Positions 35,261-46,136 of a DNA stretch of 64,000 nucleotides are shown here, piece after piece. The stretch's first letter is position 1. Every line of letters begins with the position of its first letter. The notes under the pieces were generated by a model. That model saw nothing but the letters and a program-made list of their open reading frames with translations. It made no database searches and had not been told where the DNA came from. Source of the DNA: Squalus acanthias (lineage: Eukaryota); assembly GCA_030390025.1 (NCBI GenBank), contig CM059433.1, positions 1,550,001 through 1,614,000 of the forward strand, in the 5' to 3' direction. The position numbers and the translations under genes were made by a program.

Positions 35261-37008
35261 GGCCAGAATTTTCCGGGGTGTTAGCGGGCGCGATCGGTGG
35301 TGAGTTGGTTGGGAAAGTTGTTATTTTTGACAGCGGGTCAGGAACCCACTGTCAGCCCGCTACCACGCGCTTTTCCCCCCAGTGCGTCTGTCATCGCGGA
35401 GTCGACCCGACCGGCGGTGACCCAATTGAGATGATTATCAGGTAGTTGACAGGCACTTAAGAGACTTTTTTCTTCGACTTTTTAAATTTCCCTGCCTGGC
35501 CACGGGAACCACACTGCTCGGGAACCACACTGCTCGGAAACCACGTCTGTCAACCTGAGGCGGGAGTTCAGTGGCCATTGCTCCAGCTGATTACTTGACA
35601 GCTTCAAATGTTCAGTAAAAGCTCCCACCTGACAGATGATCACTTTCCTCAGACAGAAGCTGTTGCTCAGTCCATTTCCAGCACAGATTCTGCAGGCTGC
35701 AAGTCTTTCCAGCAAAGTCTCCATCCAGTCTCACCTCATTGGAAGAACTCTCTGACCATTGACAGATTGCTTCTGTCATCTCTACTTCACCAGCCATCTA
35801 TTCCATCAACATGGGTGCAGTTTATACTGTCTCACCTCTGTCCTCAGAATTGAACCACGATGAGCCCCAACACCAGCAGCACCAACAACAACACCAACCT
35901 TCTCCGCAATCACCTGATGCTGCACAGGACACAGGGCACCAGCACCCAAGCACATCGCTGGCCAGATTTAGTTAACTTTACGCTGTACATCCATATGGCT
36001 GCCACATGATGCGCCAGGTTGGCACCACCCCACACCAACACCATAAAGCATCACTACAATGACCAAGCCATTCCTTTCACACTCATCACCATTGCGGGGG
36101 GTACCGTTATGTCTCACCATTCACTGCAACTCACTAAGCCACTTCCAAATGTACACACAAATCTGTCCAAGACCAGAAAGTGTTGAAAATAAAGATTTCA
36201 ATGTTTGACAGCACATTAACAGAAACTTTACATGAACATTGGATAAAAGACCCAAGTGGCCTCCTTGTGTGTTGTTAGTTGGTATGATTGCACTAGGATG
36301 AAGGTGAGTGTGAGGGGTGGCTAGTGAGATGGGGAAGTGATAATGTAGCTAGAGAGGGATGGGTTGAGGTGCAAGGTATGTTGGTGTGAGTAAGGATGTG
36401 CAGGAGTAGGGTAGGGAAGGCAGAGTGATGGGGATGTGATGAGTGGCACAGCAGATGAGGTTGAGTGTGGCTTTGTACTAATGTTTCCTGACCTAATGAG
36501 ATCATTGAAACGTTCACGGACACTGCACCCAGGTCCTCCTGAACACATCCCTGGACCTCCTCTGCAATCTGCAACCAGTCTGTTTTGGTCTCCTGGGGAG
36601 GTCTCTTCCGCCCATGGAAGGGAAGAGGACCTCCCTGCGTGCTCTGACTCCCTCCATAAGCATATGGAGGGAGTCATCGGAGAGCCTGGGTGCAGCCCTC
36701 TGCCTCTGTGCAGTCATTGTCAGTGTTTGCAGCACTCCAATGCTGCAGTACACTGACAGCACTATGTTAGATTAAACTTCAAATCTAATGTGGCCGTGGT
36801 CCCTTTAAAGATCCCGGCTGAAAACACATCATGAATGATGTCACCAGACCCGCTCCATATCATTGGGCTGGGTAACGCGCTGAGCGGGGTTGATAGGCCC
36901 CATTAAGGTAAGTTCATTTTCAACAGCGGGATGGAGCCAGTAGCGGGGTCACGACCTGCCACGGACACCGGCCACACCGGACCCGCCCAGGTGGGCAAAA
37001 TTCCGGCC
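35261..37008. mobile_element. Non-autonomous PIF/Harbinger element carrying a Myb/SANT-like pseudogene
   Basis: TIRs GGCCAGAATTTT / GGCCGGAATTTT (rc), TSD AGA. Minus strand about 36495-36720 encodes RAAPRLSDDSLHMLMEGVRARREVLF...RTWVQC.(ERFNDL). Confidence 0.85.
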
Positions 37009-37016
37009 AGAGTGTC

Positions 37017-37718
37017 AATGAGCTGAGCTTCCGGCCCCATATCCTCTCCATCACAAAGACCACATACTTCCACCTCCATAACATCATCTGTCTCAACTCC
37101 TGCCTCAGCTCATATGCTGCAGAAACCTTCATCGATGCTTTTGTTATCTCCAGACTCGATTATTCTAATGCTCTCCTGGCTGACCTCTTAACTTCCACCA
37201 TCCATAAACTTGAGCTCACCCAAAACTCTGTTGCCCGTATCCTAACTCGCATCCAATCCTGTTCACGCATCACCCCAGCGCTCGCTGACCTACATTGGTG
37301 TCTGGTCCACCAATACCTCCATTTTAAAATTCTTATCCTCATGTTCAAATCACTCCATGGCTTAACCCCTCCCTATCTCTGTAACCTCCTCAAGCCCTAC
37401 AACCCTCCGAGGACACTGCATTCCTTTAACTGTGGCCTCTTGTAAATCTCCCACTTCCTTCAACCCACCATTGGCGGCTGTGCCTTCAATTGTCTCGGCC
37501 CTAAGCTCTGGAATTCCTTCCCTAAATCTCTTTGCATCTCCACTGCTCTCCTTCCTAAAGACCCTCCTTGAAACCTACCTCTTTGTCCAATCTTTTAGTC
37601 ACACCATCTAATAACACCTTCTTTTGCTCATTGTCAATTATTATCTGATTGCGCTCCTGTGAAGCGCCTTGGGACATTTTCCTATGTTAATGGCGCTATA
37701 TAAATGCAAGTTGTTGTT
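37017..37718 (+). mobile_element. L2 LINE 3' fragment
   Basis: Collinear with 26060-26760. Confidence 0.88.
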
Positions 37719-38532
37719 CTGGTGAAACAGGATCAGGCCACTGGTGAGCAGGAATTTGCAGCTACAATTTACTTAATCTAACCACATTAAAAAGACCAGC
37801 CCAGGCAGAGTAACAAGAGCGTGGCTCTGTTCAAAATTAATTACAATGTTTTTGATTTTTTTTTTGGAAGGTGGTAGAACCACACCAACAATGGCAGTTA
37901 TGGAATACAGGAGATGATTTTCATCTCACTTTTTGAATGATTTTTGTTGGGCATCAATGCTCCTCCTGGTCCCACAAATATTGACCTGCTCGCTGCCAGT
38001 CCATCCCTGACCTTTAAAGTCTCCCTTTCAGCTTGGTTCCAGAGAGGAGCTGTTAATTTCTTGTCCCCCCACCCCACCCCTCTCGATCAGCAAGCTCCTT
38101 GTCAGCGCTTGTTTAGCGCTGGCAGCTTGCCGATTTTATTTAATTGAGGCCTAATTACCAAAATTGATCAGGCCTCCCACCAGTGACATCAGGCAGACAT
38201 TGTGATCGCTCTTCCCTCCGCTCGCTTGATGTATGTTCAGTATGAAAACTGCCCCCACCACCTCTTGAAATAGCAAGCTAATTTCTCTCTGAAAGTCAAC
38301 CTGCTTGCACAGGACATGATGGACCAGCACTGGAAAATTCCAGTTCCCATTCGTACTGTTGATGACAAATATGGAACACAGTGGAACACCTATTCAGAAT
38401 TAATTTGGATCAAGTGAGCCAATATAATGTGTTAATTGGTGTTACAATTCTTTTTACAACCTTAAATAGCGTACAAGAATTAAAAACTAGGAACAACTGT
38501 GCTATATTATAGATCAAACTCTTAACATGTTA

Positions 38533-39560
38533 CGAACATACGAATTAGGAGCAGGAGTAGGCCACTCGGCCCCTCGAGGCTGCTCCGCCATTCAATAAGA
38601 TCATGGCTGATCTGATTACTCCACATTCCCACCTACCCCCGATAACTTTTCACCTCCTTGCTTATTAAGAATCTATCTACCTCTGCCTTAAAAATATTCA
38701 AAGACTCTGCTTCCACCGCCCTCTGAGGAAGAGAGTTCCAAAGACTCACAACCCTCTGTGAGAAAAAATGGGCGACCCCTTAGTTTTTAACAGTGAGCCC
38801 TAGTTCTAGATTCTCCCACAAGAGGAAACATCCTCTCCACATCCACCCTGTCCAGACCCCTCAGGATCTTATATGTTTCAATCAAGTCACCTCTTACTCT
38901 TCTAAATTTCAGCGGATACAAGCCTAGCCTGTCCAACCTTTCCTCATAAGACAACCCGCCCATTCCAGGTATTAGTCTAGTAAACCTTCTCTGAACTGCT
39001 TCCAACGCATTTACAGCCTTCCTTAAATAAGGAGACCAATACTGTACACAGTACTCCAGATGTGGTCTCACCAATGCCCTGTATAACTGAAGCATAACCT
39101 CCCTACTTTTGTATTCAATTCCCCTCGCAATAAACGATAACATTCTATTAGCTTTCCTAATTACTTGCTGTACCTGCATACTAACCTTTTGTGATTCATG
39201 CACTAGGACACCCAGATCCCTTTGCATCTCAGAGCTCTGCAATCTCTCACCATTTAGATAATATGCTTCTTTTTTATTCTTCCTGCCAAAATGGACAATT
39301 TCACATTTTCCCACATTATACTCCATTTGCCAGATCTTTGCCCACTCACTTAACCTATCTATATCCCTTTGTAGCCTCCTTATGTCCTCTTCACAATTTA
39401 CTTTCCTACCTATCTTTGTGTCATCAGCAAATTTAGCAACCACACCTTCAGTCCCTTCATCCAAGTCATTTTTATGAATTGTAAAAAGTTGAGGCCCCAG
39501 CACTGATCCCTGTGACACACCACTCATTACATCTTGCCAACCAGAAAATGACCCATTTGA
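38533..39560 (-). mobile_element. CR1 LINE 3' fragment
   Basis: ORF 38787-39596 with QGSVLGP, KFADDTK, LVRPHLEYCVQ; 3' UTR hairpin at 38545-38615. Confidence 0.92.
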
Positions 39561-41559
39561 CATGTTCATTTGACATTCCTCTTTCCATGATTTCAACAGA
39601 GCTGTTTTCCTGATTGACAGTAAACGTTGTTCACTACTATTGCAAATAGTAATTTCTAGGCCTAAATTTCAGGTGGATGGGGCAAGATTAAAAGAGAAAT
39701 CCTGTACAACATAGGTCAATGTACGGGCCAAATCATTTCAGTAATGTTATGTTCAAGGCACATTGCTGCCATTTCTTAAATTGCTCTGAATTTTTCTTGA
39801 GCTGGTTTGGAATATTATGGTATCGAAAATGATGATCCATTTCATATTTAATTAATGTGAATTTCTATTGTTACTTCAAATCGTTTCTACTTTATTCTGA
39901 ATCTGAATCATTACAATTTATTCGTTACAAGAAATCATTCTTCTACATTCATCTCAATCTGAAAATTACTAATTTGTCTGGACCTTTTACCTTTTATTCT
40001 TTAATCACAATAATTAGGTTTAACTCTTTTAATAATAAAGCTGAGGGAGATTGAGATTAGTGCACAAAATGTACGATTTAAGATTAAACAATAAATCTAG
40101 TAAGACATTAACCTCAGTCTTGAACATTTTAATCCTTAAAATATTTTATTGCCATAATCAAACTATGTTGTGGTATTTTCAAATAACAGTGGTAGACTCT
40201 GCCTGTACCAGGAAATTGAAACTCAGATTAAGGGTACGGAGGTCAATTTGAATGCTTTGGTCTCTGATCGTGTCTTTTAATTGACTGGTTCACACTGAAT
40301 CTCTCAGTACTGACAGCTGTTTGTGTTGCTTAATTATGCAGTCTTTGTTCGTCAATATGAAAATTGCACACCTTATTTCATGCAAATTGTCTGTTGATGC
40401 ACATTCTGTCTGTTGATTCCAGGGTCCCTGGGTACTGCTACTGTGTGAGGTCTTCGAGGAAGTGTATTGTGTGGCAGTGTTGTAGTCTGACTTCGCTTTG
40501 CAATTCGATGTTGTGATTTGAGACCAAGATTCTATTTTGTTCTGAAATGTTTGAAGTACCAGCATGTTTGTTCGAATATTCACCACAGAGATATGGGTGC
40601 CAGTATATTGAAGACTGGATTATGCACAGAAAACCTCACCTTAACTTCTTGTCAGTATATCAAGGAAGTATTTTGACATTGCGTTGACAAGGATCTAATA
40701 CTGTTTCTTTGACACACTTTAACCTTGAATTACTGGTACCCTTATAATACAGTGATTGTCTGGGTGTGAATGTGTCGCAGCTGGAGCTGGAGAACATGCT
40801 AACTGGATAAGCAAAATCCATGCAGGGTTCACAAATCATATCAAGCTTTAGAAAGCAGACAAGGTTAAAGACATAGCACAACAACAGCTTGATATAGCGC
40901 CGTTAACGCAGTGAAACGTCCCCTAGCACTTGCAGTACTGTAACTCTCCCTGCTACAATTCCACAAAGGAGACATTTAGAAAAACATTGTTCATAAGGCA
41001 GCATGAAGAGTTCCCGCCTACAATTCCTTCCGTGCTGCTTTCCCAATCTCAGACAAAATGATGAGAGGGAGGTGGCAAAGGGAGACGAGGAGCTTTCACA
41101 GCAGTGTGATCTGTTGGCCGTTTCGAGCCCCGCTACCTTCATCCATTTCCTGCTGCTTGTTCTGTTCGCTGTATAATACATTCCTCAAAATAAATGTACA
41201 TGCACGCAGTACATACTTCTGTATGTGCAGAAAAAATAAATAGCAATTACAATTCTAGAGTTGCCTCTTGACAGGCGGCTGTCGAAAGTGGAGCTGCTCA
41301 TTCAGTCACCACTAAGCATCAGAATAACTGTGCCATTTGATGCATTGAAGGTTCGATATCAAATGGTAATAAATACATCAATAACTGAAAAACAGGACTT
41401 ATTCTTTAAGATTAATAGAGTCTGGAGCAAAATCTAGTCGTAGGTGCTGGGATCCAATTCAGGTGCTGATTGGCTATTAGGGATGTGATAATTGTTCAAA
41501 CAAATGGTATATTACAATACTTTTTATCCTTTATATTAGAAATGATGACAGCAAATATT

Positions 41560-42070
41560 TGAGACGGTTGGGAAATTAAAGAGGCATTAAACTAATTCTT
41601 CACATCAGTCTTCAGAAATGAGTAACTAAATTAGTAGACAAGAGCAATCTAGTGAATAGAATCTACTTGATTTTTCAGAAGGCATTTGATAAAGTTGCAT
41701 AAATCAGCTTTGTGAAGAAGATTACGGCTCATGCGATTAATGACAAATTAGTGAGCTGAACTGGAAACTGGCTTAGCTGTAGAAAGCAGAAGTAATGGTA
41801 ACTAGGAGCTGCTCTGTTGAGGTGAGGTGGCTGTAATGATGAGTGGAAATTCACTGGGGTTGGTACTGTTCACAATATTCCTAAATAACAACGAAGACAA
41901 AGCTTCTTGAAATTATATATAATTTGCTGATGACCCCAAGCTATGACAGGTGACAAGTGCAAGAGAGACTGATAGCATTGAGAGAATTCTGAACCAATTT
42001 AATGGATGGATGAGCTAAGGAAGAGTGGTTGGATTTTTATGTAGTTAAATACAAGATTGCAATCGGAAAA
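41560..42070 (+). mobile_element. Highly degenerate CR1 RT fragment
   Basis: TACTTGATTTTTCAGAAGGCATTTGATAAAGT (YLDFQKAFDKV) and TTTGCTGATGAC (FADD) remnants. Confidence 0.65.
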
Positions 42071-42091
42071 ATGGAAACTTAAAAAAAAAAG

Positions 42092-42543
42092 ACTTGAATT
42101 TATATAGTGCTGTTCATGACCTCAGGACGTTCCAAAGCACTTTATAGCCAATGAAATACTTTATAAATATAGTCACTGTTGCAATGTAGGGAAATGCAGC
42201 AGCCAATTTATGCACAGCAAGCTCCCACAAACAGCAATTAAATAAATGACCAGATAATGTGTATCTGGTGGTGTTAGTTGAGGGATAAATGTTGGCAGGA
42301 CACTGGCCAAGCTCCCCTGCTCTTCTTCGAAAAGTGCCATGGGATCCCATGCGTCCACCTAAGAGGGAAGACGGGGCCTCGGTTTAATGTCTCAGCTGAA
42401 AGACAGCAGGTCCGACAGTGCAGCACTCCTACAGTACTGCATTGAAGTGTTAGTCTAGATTATGTACTCCAGTCTCTGGAGTGGGGCTTAAACCCACAAC
42501 CTTCTGACACAGAGGTGGAATGCTACCACTAAGCGAAGGCTGT
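42092..42543 (-). mobile_element. Full-length DeuSINE (SacSINE1-like)
   Basis: tRNA-like head (GCTTAGTGGTAGC...GGGTTTAAGCCCC), central CAGTACTG..GGAGTGCTGCACTGTCGGA...GAGACATTAAACCGAGGCCCCGTCT domain, L2-like tail. Confidence 0.8.
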
Positions 42544-43231
42544 CACTTGTATATAATGATGGGATGCTCATTTTCTAAGGTTGGAAAAGGAAAATAATTT
42601 GGTGTGATTTTTCATATAATCATAGAATCATAGAAAGTTGCAGCACGGAAGGAGGCCATTTCGGCCCAACGTGTCCGCGCCGGTCAACGAAGAGCTATCC
42701 AGCCTAATCCCACTTCCCAGCTCTTGGTCCGTAGCCCTGCAGGTTAGAGCATCCCAAGAGCACATCCAAGTACTTTTTAAATGTGGTTAGGGTTCCTGCC
42801 TCTACCACCCTTTCAGGCAGTGAGTTCCAGACCCCCACAACCCTCTGGGTAAAGAAATATCCCCTCAAATCCCCTCTAAACCTTCCACCAATTACTTTAA
42901 ATCTGTGCCCCCTGGTTTTTGACCCCTCTGCTAAGGGAAATAGGTCCTTTCTATCCACTTTATCTCGGCCCCTCATAATTTTATACACCTCAATATGGTC
43001 TCCCCTCAGCCTCCTCTGTTCCAAGGAAAACAGACCCAGCCTATCCAATCTTTCCTCATAGCTAAGATTCTCTACTCCCAGCAACATCCTTGTAAATCTC
43101 CTCTGTGCCCTCTCTAGTGCAATCACATCTTTCCTGTAATGTGGTGACCAGAACTGCACGCAGTACTCTAGCTGAGGCCTAACTAGTGTTTTATACAGTT
43201 GAAGCATAACCCCCCTGCTCTTGTATTCTAT

Positions 43232-43602
43232 TGAGAGGTCGCACAACACCAGGTTATAGTCCAACAGTTTTATTTGAAATCACAAGCTTTCGGAGCTATC
43301 GATTGCCCCTTCCTCAGGTGAAGTAAATAGATACAGAATCGCCAAAGCATATATAGATAGAGAACAAAGCATGTGTACCTTACAATTGCAGACAATTGTC
43401 TGCAATTGTAAGGTACACATGCTTTGTTCTCTATCTATATATGCTTTGGCGATTCTGTATCTATTTACTTCACCTGAGGAAGGGGCAATCGATAGCTCCG
43501 AAAGCTTGTGATTTCAAATAAAACTGTTGGACTATAACCTGGTGTTGTGCGACCTCTCAATTTTGTCCACCCCAGTCCAACACCGGCATCTCCGCATCAT
43601 GA
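43232..43602. mobile_element. Fold-back (palindromic) Penelope pLTR insertion with TSD
   Basis: Perfect inverted repeat 43230-43561, a 41-nt unpaired tail, and TSD CTTGTATTCTAT (43220-43231, 43603-43614). The arm is homologous to 486-570. Confidence 0.88.
43470..43511 (+). ncRNA. Minimal hammerhead ribozyme motif (mirror copy on minus strand at 43280-43321)
   Basis: TCAC-CTGAGGA-A-GGGGC(AATCGATA)GCTCC-GAAA-GCTT-GTGA. Confidence 0.75.
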
Positions 43603-43753
43603 CTTGTATTCTATGCCACGGCTAATAAAGGCAAGCATTCCGTATGCCTTCTTAACCACCTTATCTACCTGGCCTGCTACCTTCAGGGATCTGTGGACAT
43701 GCACTCCAAGGTCCCTTTGTTCCTCTACACTACTCAGTGTCCTACCATTTCAT

Positions 43754-44518
43754 GGCCCAGAAATTTGACTCGGAGGCTTGCCGCGGGGGTAAGGATCACG
43801 CGCGATCTTACCTACCGCGCCTGCCGTTGTGTTTTGGGCCCACAGGAACTTCAGTTCCTGGGCCTCTCCCTGGTGCCGGCGCGCAGTGTGTGCGTGTCCC
43901 AGAGGCGTAGTTAGTGCGATGCGACCTCTGGGATCACGTGGGCCATGGAGAGCCAATGGCAGCAGACTATCTTTCATTCATAGATTTGACAGGAAGACCT
44001 GTCAAATCTATGAATACAAATTGCCCCCAAAAGAACAGCTAAACCTCAAATAAATTTAAAAAAAAGCCATCACATTAATAAAATAACTATAGTTAAATAA
44101 ATTAAGCACTTTAAACAAAAATTTAAATTTTTGAAAAAATTTAAATTCTTTTTAAAAGTTATAAAAATAAACTTACCTTTCTTTAAAGTCTCTAAAAAAG
44201 ATAAACCTGTTGAAAAAAATTTAAAATTATACTTAATTAACTACTTACCTTGTTAAAAGGGGGTCTTACGCCTCCTTTTTCCTTGTGTAAAATCTTCCAT
44301 ACTTACACTCGCGTTGAAACCTGAAAAAAAACCTAAGTGCGCTGCGTGCGCACAGCCTGTAGTGCGCACGCGGTTCACCTAGGAACCGCCCCCTTCGCCA
44401 TACCGGAAGTGCCGGTTTCCCGCGCATGCGCAGTGCATGCAGAAAACCGGCACTTCGGGACCGAATACGGGTGAGTACGCAGCGGGTACTCTCCCATATT
44501 CGGCCGAATTTTTGGGCC
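43754..44518. mobile_element. Young Harbinger-type MITE inside CR1
   Basis: TIRs GGCCCAGAAATT / GGCCCAAAAATT (rc); flanks CAT/AAT; splits the CR1 codons EYTL|NGRT; CpG-rich ends and AT-rich core. Confidence 0.82.
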
Positions 44519-45589
44519 AATGTGTATTCCCTTTCCTTGTTAGCCCTCCCCATATGCATTACCTCACACTTCTCTGGATTGAATTCCATTTGCCACTGTT
44601 CTGCCCACCTGACCAATTTATTGATATCTTCCTGCAGTCTACAGCTTCCTTCTTCAGTATCAACCACACAGCCGATTTTAGTATCATCTGCAAACTTCTT
44701 AATCATACCCCCTATATTCAAGTCTAGATCATTGATATATACCACAAAAAGCAAGGGACCTAGTACTGAGCCCTGCGGAACCCCACTTGAAATAGCCTTC
44801 CAGTCACAAAAACACCCATCAACCATTACCCTCTGCTTCCTGTCTCCGAGCCAGCTTTGAATCCAACTTGACACTTTACCCTGGATCCCATGGGCTTTTA
44901 ACTTCGTGACCAGTCTGCCATGTGGAACCTTATCAAAAGCCTTGCTAAAGTCCATATAAACTATATCAAACGCACTACCCTCATCTACCCTCCTTGTTAC
45001 CTCCTCAAAAAATTCAATCAAGTTTGTCAGACACAACCTCTTACAGATGTGGAGCTGTTGTCAATAAGGGATAGATCTCAAGGCGATTTGATTATAAGGT
45101 GAAACAAGTTATTCCAACCTTGCAAAGGCCATTGTGAACCTGCAGTTGGAATATTAGGGGTAATTCTGTGATCCTGTGCTCCCAGGGGAAAGCCTAGCGT
45201 GCAGGGAGCATGGGACAGGGAATCAGGACTACAGTGCAGTAGCCCTATCTCCACCAGCTCCTGTGAACACAATTCCCCTCTGGTAGAATCATAGAATTAT
45301 TCCTATAGAGTGCAGTTTTGGATACCTTGCTTTCAAAAGGATATTGGTGCATTAGCGAGAGTACAGAGTAGTGTGACAAGGATGATCTTGGGACTCTTAA
45401 GATACGAAGAGAGATTCACAGACTTGCTTCCGTTAGAGAAAAGATGATTGAAAAGGACACAAAATTTAGGCATCTAATACTGACAGTTGTATTTATATAG
45501 CACCTTGCACGTCTCAAACTGCTTTCTACCATTGCTTTTTAAACTTAAGTGACAGTTGCTATATACGCATTAAAGAATTGATAGGATGC

Positions 45590-45773
45590 AGAATGCACTT
45601 CCTGAAAGGGTGGTGGAAGTAGATTCAGTTTTAACTTTCGAAAGGGAATTGGATAAATACTTGAAGGCTCTGGGGAAAGAGCGGGGGGAGTGGGACTAAT
45701 TGGATCGCTCTTTCAAAGAGCCGGCACAGGCACAATGGACCAAATGGTCTCCTTCTGTGCTGTATGATTCTAT
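45590..45773 (+). mobile_element. CR1 3' end
   Basis: GAAAGGGTGGTGGAAG...GGGAATTGGATAAATACTTGAAG...CTTCTGTGCTGTATGATTCTATG. Confidence 0.8.
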
Positions 45774-46136
45774 GTGAGTGTAAAATTAACAAGCCTCTAT
45801 CAATAGTTAAGATCAGAAGGATCTTTTCCCCCACAGGGTAGTCTGGACCCAGAACAAACACATGTGTCGATTAAACTCCTAGTTGAAGCAATTAATGACA
45901 GGTCAATTAGCGCATTTAAAAAGATCGCTGGATAGATGTCTAGCTTGAAACAGGATTGAGGGTCACTCGGTTATGGGTGGTAGAATGTTTGTGGAACATC
46001 ATAGTTCCTGAATTACTGAATCAGTGGAACTGTTATGTCAAAGAAGGATACTGGTCAAGGAGGCTAATATAGAATGTAACATTGGATAATTAATCTGGAG
46101 TTTCCCTAGGTCTACCTTTGAGAGGACAGGGAGAAA

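Larger units (their letters stand above)
42619..45039 (-). mobile_element. CR1 LINE (RT to 3' tail) interrupted by two younger insertions
   Basis: ORFs 44266-45036 and 42704-43264 plus 43603-43750 join into a continuous RT once 43232-43602 and 43754-44518 are removed. Confidence 0.93.
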
